The translations under genes were made by a program, and so were the position numbers. The notes under the pieces were generated by a model. It was not told the origin of the DNA. It ran no database searches and saw only the letters and a list, made by a program, of their open reading frames with translations. This document shows, piece by piece, positions 51,701 to 61,200 of a stretch of 64,000 nucleotides of DNA; the first letter of the stretch is position 1, and each line of letters opens with the position of its first letter. The stretch is from Bilabrum cf. latius (taxonomy: Eukaryota), in NCBI GenBank assembly GCA_965178125.1, contig OZ237746.1:806001-870000 (forward strand). Direction: 5' to 3'.

Positions 51701-51764
51701 TACTGGCGAGCGAAATCACAGTCACAATCAAGTGTATACACCTGCGAGGTTGTAATCGATCCAT
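36788..51764 (-). CDS. Giant cell-surface protein (~4959 aa): signal peptide, 30 FG-GAP (integrin-alpha-type) repeats, long ectodomain, Cys-rich stalk, ~8-9 TM helices; exons 44637-51764 and 36788-44539
   Basis: All FG-GAP ORF fragments are in one frame, and all post-intron fragments are in one frame. About 38 interruptions, all TAG. N-terminus MDRLQPRRCIHLIVTVISLASTNVIG; repeats FGxSxAxLGDMDGDGVPELAVGA...GAVWVLFL; TGA at 36788-36790. Confidence 0.85.
43693..43880. repeat. 78-bp coding tandem repeat (~2.4 copies, Thr/Ser-rich mucin-like)
   Basis: Units start at 43693, 43771 and 43849; they encode TASTTSTSSATPTPTHNPTRRSRSML. Confidence 0.9.
44540..44636 (-). other. Spliceosomal intron (97 nt, phase 0) in the FG-GAP gene
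   Basis: GTAAGT...TCGCAG; removal exactly joins the two long frames. Confidence 0.85.
50545..51550. repeat. Near-perfect 432-bp tandem duplication (two FG-GAP repeats per unit)
   Basis: ORFs 50715..51134 and 51147..51566 are almost identical and offset by 432 bp. Confidence 0.9.
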
Positions 51765-53135
51765 CAAAGATGCACGATTTGTCTAGTATTGTTCGCATCC
51801 AGATGAAGCAATCAGATCGTCAACGCACGGCTCGAGAAATATAGCAACGCAAGTACCCGGATCATAGGAGTCACATTGATGTTAGACTACAAGAGATGCT
51901 CGACTAGGAGGTATCGTTCGCAGGAGTTCTTGCAGGAAAGCCCGACCCGCACCCCCACAATTAGCCTGCCCCTCAAGCGGGCCTTGTCAGCCTCATCAAC
52001 CAGTGCTTCATGCGTTCAAGCCATTATTCTATTAGTAAGTGTATGCATGGGTCATAAAAGTGTTGAACAACCAGTATAAAAACAGCAACAGTCGATTCAT
52101 TTGCATTTGGACACGCGTCCAATTCTGGACACTCGCACTCTAGCGAATACTTTTTCTTACTTCATGGTACCACAGAGATACGTGTACATCAGCCTTGCTT
52201 ATTAAACGTAGCACAGATGTAATCCTTGCTTGGCCTTCGCTGAGCGAACTCCTTCAAACGCAGCACCTCACTGGATACCAACCAGCACACAATTCACACG
52301 AACGAAACCGACCCTTCGGAACACTGCAGTGCAGGCACCGGGGCTGGGCGGTTCTATCTCCGTAGCTCGAGGCTTCCTCCTTATTTCGTGATGGTAGCTG
52401 TATAATTATGCTTTAATTGTTATTATGTAAACGAAACGCACACCGGTGCTTCGACAGTTGCTCGACAACACAAGTATTTCGCTCAGTATTTCGCTCAGGA
52501 ACAACACAAGTATTTCTTTTGGTTTCGTGGCACCATGCTAGAATACTGTGTGTATTAGGTTCGCGATCAATTAAGGATGGGGGCCAGTTGGAGTCCTTTG
52601 CTTGCCATTCATCCGGGTACGGTCACAGAAGTCACACCAGGCCACATGCGGATGGATGTGGGTCCGCAGCATGTCATACCTGCCACAAAATAGCATGTGA
52701 TAAGCGCATTCTCCGCTGCTAAGCATAGCTTGGAGCTCAAGTCGCCCAGTCCAATGCAGTACAATCCAATCCAGGATACAGCCTGGCTTTGCAATCGCCA
52801 GGGCTCTCGACCAGCCTGAGGCCTGCTATCGACTGCAAGCCATTGCACGGTCGTTTTCACAATATTATGGATATGGGTATGCGCAGCATCCGCAGTACAA
52901 GTATATTCCGTCGTAACTGCGTCTTGACAGCATACTCGCCAAGCCAGCCTCAATGCTAGACATCTAGCCAACAATGAATCAGGCCCAGACTTGCACGGCA
53001 TGCCGACCCCTTTGCCCAAACTCGATCAGTTTGGCTGGGTCACCAAGTTCACCATTTCCGAAATACAACAACGCTGGCTATAGGAAGGAGCATGCATGGA
53101 ACCTCGATTGACCAACCATCCGACCGATCAACCGA

Positions 53136-54941
53136 TCAGAGGGCCGGTTTCGCCCCTCCGCTGCTCACCTCGCCGTTGCCAGCGAGCGCCCTGCCCTCCT
53201 CGTCCAGCGCCGCCGCCAGCCTCTTCTCCAGGTCCGAGGGCTCGGATCCCGTACCGGCCCCTTGTTCCCCCGACTCCCCGCCTTCCCGCACCCTCTTGCC
53301 CTCTTCGTCCCGAGAGCTCTCTACCGCGGCAGTGGTGGCCAAAGCCACCGGGTCCAGCCGAAGCAGCCGAAGCATCCCGTTTCCCACGTCGCCCCCCGCA
53401 GCAAGCCCCTCGTGCGCCGCGTCTGCCGCTTCCTCGCCGTACCTGTGCCGCACCACGGTCTCGGTCGCTCTCGCGCTCTCTTTGCCCACCACCCTGAGTG
53501 CCTCCTCCATCCCGTCCCACACGTCCCCCAGAGCAAGCAGAGAGGCGTGTCCCACCTGCATCGCTGCCTGGGCCGTGCTGCTCTACCCCGCCGCCTCGAT
53601 CGTCTCCTTGCCCTTCTCCGTGGATGCCACGGTCTTGTACACCGCCCGGCCCAGCCCACGGGCCATCTCCACCGCAGTCACCACCACCCCCGAGGCCACC
53701 GTGCTGGCGGCGCCGGTGGCCATCCTGGCCCTGGCCAGGTTCCGCTTCGTGTTCTCCGAGACCTTCACCTCCTTGCCCTCCTCCACACCCTCCGAATGTC
53801 CCACCACGTACGTCCCCAACCTCCCGATCCCGTAGCCCACGTACTGCGCGCCCACCACCAGACCCCGCCCCGCCACCTTGCCGCTGTAGCTGATGGCTCC
53901 GCTGACCCTGTCCACCGTCAGATTGTCCTGCACCGTCTGCACCGCGCTCCCAGCCAGTTCCCTGCCCTTGCTGTACAGCGCCGTGGCGTTCTCCACCGTG
54001 CATTGTTCCCTGGCAGCGGCCAGCGAGGTGCCCACTGCCGCGAGCCACCCGCTGGCCACCGCTGCCACGGAGGAGGATGACCCGCCCTCTTCTTCGCCGT
54101 CCTCTTTCTCCGGGTCATCGCTTCCACCTGCACCTGCATGCCCTGCACCTGCACCTGCGCCTGAGCTCTCGCCCTCTCCCTTGCCGGCTGGCTCCTCCTC
54201 CATCCCCTGCTCCTTCCCCACGGGCGGGTCCTCCTCCTCGGCCTTGGACCCGGCTCCATGCCCCGCCCCGCTGCCGCCCGCAGAGGCACGTTCCGGCTCC
54301 GGATCCTCCCGGTCCTCCCCCTCCCCGTTGTGCATGGCCAGCCGGAGCGCCGCCGATGCCACCGCCTGCTGCTCGTCGAGCATCTGCTCAGCGCCCATGC
54401 CCCTGCTCGCAGCCTCAGAGTTGACGGCCACGGCGGCATCCGCGTCCCTCGGAGCGACGACCTGCCCCGTCTTGGAGTCCACCAGCTGCAGCCCGCGGGC
54501 CAGCTGCGCCTCCAGGACAGCCAGGTCGCCGTCCGCGCAGTCGTCCGAGACGCGGAGGCAGTGGAACTCGCGCGCCGCCGCACCGGGAAAGACGTACACG
54601 CCTGGCCCTGATCTTCGCGCTAGCTGCCCTGACAGAGGGTACACCCAGGTGCCAACTCGAAGCATCACGATGCGTCCTTCCGTATCTGTGACTTGCTCGG
54701 TGCTCGCCGCGTCGGACGCGGACCCAGGGGTTGGCGGAACGTCGCTTACGCTTGCTCGCACGATGACTAGGTCGCCCTGCTGCATCATGCCAACCTTTCC
54801 GTCCTTGACCACGCTGGCGTTGCACAGTGGCAACTGCAAGAGGATTTCTGCGCTGTCTTTGGGTTCCTCTCCGCTGGCTTCTCGCTGCATGATGGCAGCC
54901 GTTGGGTGATCGCTCGCGAATGAAGTGGAAACACCTGCCAT
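53136..54941 (-). CDS. Senescence/spartin-associated domain protein (~601 aa)
   Basis: C-terminal ALGDVWDGMEEALRVVGKESARATETVVRHRYGEEAADA resembles the spartin senescence domain. One TAG (53583) lies inside that domain; TGA stop. Confidence 0.8.
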
Positions 54942-55207
54942 ATTCTTGCTGTAAACGGTATGCGTGTTGCGAATCGGATCGAATCGCGCCGTTCCTGGAA
55001 CTTGCCTGGCGAACGTTCGGAACGTTCGACCGCAAAGTGTTCGCAACCGACGTCGCAAATACAGAGTTTGGCCAAACGGCTCACTGCAGCATTGATCGCA
55101 AGGATACGCGGCAATTCCACCTCGCACGCATTCAACCGTTTACTATTTTATTATTACGGTATTGAATAATCGCGTGATCTGTCAGACTTGACAGAGAACG
55201 GTTTGGA

Positions 55208-58200
55208 ATGGAGACGACAATCGGAATGCTGACTGCCGGCGGCAAGGCGAGGGCCTCCAGCACATCCAGAGCACAATCTAAGGTGGTGCGTCGATCTAGA
55301 GCACCAACGTCAGGCCGGTAGGCAAGTGGGAGCTTGGCACCGTCTGCGGCAGCCTTGCATGGCACCAAGCAGCCGTCCCGCAGGGAGCTGGAAGCAGTCG
55401 CTGCAGGCGTCGTGCCTGGCACCTCTTCGATCGTAGGGGCCACGGTGCGCGGACTAGCCTTAGGAAAAGGTGTTGCGTCCACACAGCCAGTCGCAGCCGG
55501 CGCGCGAAAGCCACCAAAAGGAGTCGGCGGCCGCTCCCGCATGGCGCCCTCGACGATGCTCCTCTCGCTGGCGGCGGGGGATGCGCAGCTGGCGAGGGCG
55601 GCCGAGGTAGCGGGATCGGGGGCAGGGAACGACGGGTCGGTCATTCCCGGGCGGCGGTCGGAGGCACCTGCCCGGTACAAGATCACAGAGGTGAGACACA
55701 CAGAGGCAGCGGCAACTGCATGGCATGGCAGTGGCAGTCGCGCGATGACAGTGGTAGTGGCAGGGGCATGGCAATGCCAGTAGCTCAGATGATATGAGCG
55801 AGCTGGCCCACCACTTGTCCATCCCCCTTGCCATGCGCACGCACTCGCGACTCGCACGCCGCCACTGCCCCCCCCTCTCTCGTCTCCAAGGATGCGTTCA
55901 GATCCCTCTGCTCTCTTGCCGCACCACTCGTCACACCCACTCCCTCCTTTCTCCCCACCAACCGCAGCTGCTGGACCTGAAGGACCACTCGAGCCAGCCG
56001 TGCGCCGTGCCCCTCTCGCAGCCCATCTTCGTGCCCCTGCCCGCTGCGGTGCACTTCTCCCAGTACGAGCCCTTCCGGCCCGAGGAACAGAGACTCATCC
56101 TGAGGAACACGGACAGGGTCCCGCGCAGGGTCAGGGTGGTCAAACCCGACACGCAGCATTTTTCCGTGCGGGGTCCCTTCGACGGCGCGGGGCGGCCGCT
56201 CTAGGACTCGAGGGTCGCGCCTGGCACCGAGGTGACGTACACCGTGCGCTTCGACCCCGCCGAGGCGGCCGATTACGCGCACGACCTGACGATAGTGACG
56301 GAGCGGGAGAAGTTCATCGTGCCCTTGAGGGCGGTGGGCCCCCGGGCGTTCCTTACGCTCCCCGATGCGGTCGAGTTCGACTCTACCCCGTGCCGCACGG
56401 CCACCACCCGGCGCTTCATGGTGAGGAACGAGGGGGCCAAGGACGCCGTGGTGCGGCTGTAGACGAGGCTGCCGGGTGGCATCAGGGGGGAGTGCCCCTT
56501 CGCGGTGGAACCGGCGCGGGCCCGCGTGGCTGCCGGTGCGGCTCTGCAGCTGACGGTCACGTTCACCCCCCCCACGTCCGACGAGCACGAGGGGGAGCTG
56601 GAGTGCGTGTACCTGGACGAAGAGGGGGAGGACGGCGGGGATGATGATGATAGCGGTGGTGGTGACGAGGATGCGTATGGCGCTGGCGGTGGGATCCGGG
56701 GGGGGCTCGGCGGATCCACCGGTGGATTGGCGGGGGTGGAGTCCAAGGGACCCGAGGACGAGGACGAGGACGAGGACGACGAGGATGATGATGTGGGGGC
56801 CCCCGCTGTCCCCAGAAACCCCGTGGCCGTGGTGCGGCTGCTGGGCACGGGTCACGACACGGACGTTGTTCTCTCTGGATCCATGCTCTCCTTCCCCGAC
56901 ACGTACCTTCAGCTGGCCTCCACCGCCACCGTGAGGCTCACCAACCGGAGCGAGAACCCCGTGCGGTTCTCCTGGCGAGCCATGGCGCACCGGGGGGTGG
57001 AGCAGGACGAGAAGGCCCGGATTCAGGCCGCTCTGGAGGACCAGCGGAGGAGCGAGGCCAGGGCGGTGATGGCGGACAGCGTGCGGGGCGGGGGCAGCGC
57101 GGCGGACGGGGACCTGAGCGAGGACGAGGAGGAGGGGGCGGCGGCTGCCGCGGGTGACGAGGGGCTCGCCGCAACGCAGGCCAGCCTTGGTGGCGCGGCG
57201 CGGCCCTCGCTGGAGGCCCGCGCACAGCTGCAGGCAGCGGAGAGGAGGCACCGCACGATGCGGCGGGAGGCTGCCGAGGCACCCTTGCTGTTCGAGGACG
57301 GTGCCTTTCGGATCGAGCCTCTGGAGGGGCAGGTGTGGGCGCACTCGGAGCAGGAATTCACCGTGACGTTTGTTCCCCAGCACGCGGGGGCCCACGAGAT
57401 CTCGGCCTTTCTGGAGGTGCAGGGGCGCGAGAAGAGGCTGCCGCTGGTGCTGCGGGCCACCGGTGTGGGGCCCAAGGCCATCCTGTCCTTCGACCAGCTG
57501 GACATGGGCGATGTCACTGTGACGAGTGTGAGGAGGTACGAGCTGCAGCTGTTCAACAAGGGCGAGATTCCGTGCGAGTGGTCCGCGGCGGGGTCCATGG
57601 GCCCGTTCGCCGACTGCTTTAGGTTCAGCCCCCCCAGCGGCGTGCTGCGGGTGGGGGAGAAAGTCGACCTGGAGATGGAGTTCTGCTCCAGGCAGCTGGG
57701 GGAGGTGGCGGAGACGGCCGTGTTCGAGCTGGTGGGGAGCGCCGACCCCGTGCCCCTGCAGCTGAGGGGGCAGGTGGTCCCTCCCGCCCTGCAGGCGGAC
57801 GTGGACGCTTTCACCTTCGGGCGCGTGGGCTTCGACTTCGAGTACCCCGCCCGCGCCAGGCTGCACAACCTAAGCGATGTGCCCGCACTCGTGCAGCTGA
57901 GGGTACCCGACGATTTCGAGGGGAGGAGGGCGGAGTTCCGGCTTAGGCCCGCCCCTTTGGCCATCGAGGACGGGAGCCGATCCGAGGAGGGGGGGGAGGA
58001 GAGAGGGGAGGACGGGGGGTAGGAAGAAAGCGAAGGACCCCAGGAGATCCCCCCTGGCGGGAGCATCCCCATGAGCGTGGTGTTCCACCCCAGGACGCTC
58101 AAGCAGTACGCCACCGCCGTCAGCGTGGACGTGGTGGGGGTGGGCAAAGGCGTTCTGGCCGTCCCCGTCAAGGCCTCCTGCGGTGTGGGCGAGCTGGTGC

Positions 58201-61200
58201 CGGGGCAGAGCCCCCTGCCCTATGACGAGTGCTTCCTGGGGAGGGAGTACGGCGTGCCGCTGCTGCTGCGGAACCCCTCGCCGAACCTTCCCTCGAGGTT
58301 CGTCGTGGAGCCGCAGGACCCGCAGGCGGCCGCCGTGGCCTCGTACAGCGTGACCCCCAGCACGGGGGTCATCCCCGCGGGCGGGGAGGTGGAGGTGCGC
58401 GTGGGTCTCACGGTGCGCAGGATGGGCCCCGTGGCGCTCCCCCTGCGTCTGTCCGCGCGCGGCTGGAGGGAGATGAAGCGACCGCCGCTGGAGGTGGAGC
58501 TGACGGCCACGGGGGTCGGGGCCCGGATCGAAGCGGAACCTCCCCTCCTGGACTTTGGCGCCGCGCGCTGCCTCCTCGATAAGCGGTCCTCGGTGACGCT
58601 CCGCAACACCGGCGACATCCCGGCGCAGGTGAAGGCCTTCATCGTCGGCGACCGGTCCAAGTTCAGGCTCGCCACCGCGGCGGACTGCGACTTCAGGCTG
58701 GGGGCCGGGGAGGCAAGGGAGGTCGCCCTGATTGTGGCTCCGGACGACGCCAGCCGGTGCGCGGACGATCTCGGGCTGCAGGTGACGAGCCTGCCGCTGG
58801 AGGCGGAGGGGGTTGCGAGCGGCAGCGGGGGCGATGAGGGCGATGGGGATGGCGCGGGGATGGTGGCGCCGGGGTCCCAGGGCAGCGGCGGCTTCGGTTC
58901 CACCCCGTCTGTCGCGGCGCCCGTGGCGGCCGTGACGGTTCCGCTGCGAGCCCGGGGCGTGGGCACTACGATCTGGAGTGACAGCGACCTGTCCGTCGTG
59001 GATTTCGGGCCCGTGCTGGGGGGTCGGCCCCACGAGCGGGAGTTCGTCCTGGAGAACAAGGGCAGGCGGGCGGTGACCCTGCAGTGGATGAACGCCACCC
59101 TCCGAGAGAGGACGCAGAGGCACAAGAAGGAAGAGAGAGACCGCCCGGGGGGTCCCGCGCTGGCCACGGGGCCGGCCCTGGAGCGGGCGGCGGCGGCCGG
59201 AAGGAAGGCCAGGGCGAGGAGGGCGGCGGCCGTGGAGCGGGCCCGCAGGAGGCGCAGGGAGCGGGAGAAACAATCGGGGGGTGGTCAAAGCGGCGAGGGT
59301 GCTTCCGCAGATGGTGGTGCCACTGGTGGGTCTGGGGCCGACGGGGGCAGCGGCCGGGGTATTGCGGGGGATGCGGAGGAGTCGGGCGGCGACGGAGGGC
59401 ACGCGCACTTCGGCGCCTCTCGACGGGCGGGAGCCCCTGCCAGCGGGGCCGGGGCCGGGGCCGGCAGAGGCAGGGGTCGTGGTCGTGGGAGTGCTCGCGG
59501 GGCGAGAGGGTCGACGGGCGCCGATCGTGGACGTGGCGATGGGAGCAGCGCAGGTCGCGGCAGTGGCAGGGGTAGGGGCAGGGGCAGGGGCGCGAGGAGA
59601 ACCGGGACAAGGGGACGGCCGTCCGCCGCAGCCTCCTCCCAGTCGGTCTCCTCCTCGGACCCCCCTGTTCCCCCGCAGCCAGCGGACGCCAAGTACCCGG
59701 GATTCGAGGAGGGCCTGCCCCCGCACCCGGACTCTCTGTGGGAGCCCGGGGATGGTGACCCGCCCCCCGAGCCCCTGTTCAAGGTGGAGCCGCCTCAGGC
59801 CCAGCTCAAGCCCAGGACGGCCGTGCGGTTCCGGTTCTTCGCCGAGAGCGCCAGCGGAACCGGCGCCGCGCGCGAGCTGCTGCAGTGCATGGCTCGCACG
59901 CAGAACGAGACGCGGGCCAAGAGCATCTTCAACTGCGACATGCGGGCAAGGTTTGTGGCTCCGGATCTCGTGTTCGACCCCCCCCGGCTGGAGTTCGGGT
60001 ACGCCTGGGCCCCCCCCCGCGCGGGGCTGGATCCTCCGGGGGCGCTGGGCCACGGGGAGCTGCCCCCGCCCCCCGAGCTGCCGGTGCCTCCGCCCCCCCT
60101 GCCGCACGGGGTCCGCGCCACGGACCCCCCGGTTGACATCCCCCCTGTCCCCACCGGTGGGGACAGCGAGGCCGAGGCCGAGCACGAGAGGCAGGTCAGG
60201 GAGGCTTCCCAACTGGAGGAGCTCAAGCAGAGGCACGTGGCATTCGCGGAGGAGGCCAAGAGGGTGCACGAGATCGAGCAGGGCAGGAGGCAGGTGGTCA
60301 CTCAGACCCAGACGGTGGTGGTGCGCAACGTGAGTCCCCTCCCGCTCGAGTTCAAGGCACGGGCCAGCGCGCCCTTCGTGCTGGATGCCACGGCTTTTTC
60401 CTTGGCACCCGGTGCGTCCGCCGAGCTGGGCGTGTCGCTGACCCCCCACTACAAGGGGGACAGGCGCACCCACCGGGCCCGCGGGGAGGTGGTGCTGATG
60501 GGCGGTGGTCACGCCAAGAAGGCCCGTCTCCCCCTGGTGGCGGAGATCGAGTATCCGAACGTGGAGGTCTCCACCCACAGGCTGGCATTCGGCCAGGTGC
60601 TGGCGGGGGCCAAGGCCAGCGCCACCATGGAGCTGACCAACCCGTGCTCCACGCTCCCCGTGGACGTGCAGTGGGCCTTCCTGGAGGACGAGGACGACAA
60701 GGCAGCGGCCTTGAGGCAGGGGCAGTACGTGTCGCCCGCGGACTGCTTCGACGTGCGGCCCATGCGGCTGAGGCTGGCACCGGGCGAGACTGCCCCCGTG
60801 GAGGTTGTCTTCCAGGGGGCCCCCGCCGGCTCCGGATCCTCCGGACTCGGAGCCAGATATGTGGCGGACGCGCTGCTGGCCGTGGAGGGCGGGCCCGAAG
60901 AGGAGGTGCAGTTCAGGGCGCAGCCCGGCGCCATCAGCTTCCGGCTGGATCGGCAGAAGATCGATTTCGGGGACGTGCCGTTCGAGGCAGAGGCGCGGCA
61001 GGACGTGCAGCTGTACAACGCGGGGTCCGTGCCGTTCACGTTCGAGTTCGACTCCGACGTGCAGTCGGGTGGGTCGTAGCAGGGCAGCGGGGTCGGGCAT
61101 TCCGGCTCCGAGTCTAGGCTTGGGACGAGGGCCGGTACGGCCGCGGCCGGGGAAACGGATCGGGCGCCCGCCCCAGGCGGTGGCAGCGGCGGCGGCCCGT

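Noticed and set aside
51765-53135. Possible tRNA-Gln(CUA), ncRNA or small gene in this intergenic region
   Set aside because: I could not identify a cloverleaf, T-loop motif or credible ORF by eye.
57870-61100. Long antisense or alternative-frame ORFs (also 19004..21232, 55785..57866, 653..1885)
   Set aside because: Shadow ORFs of GC-rich coding sequence; the opposite strand carries the coherent gene models.
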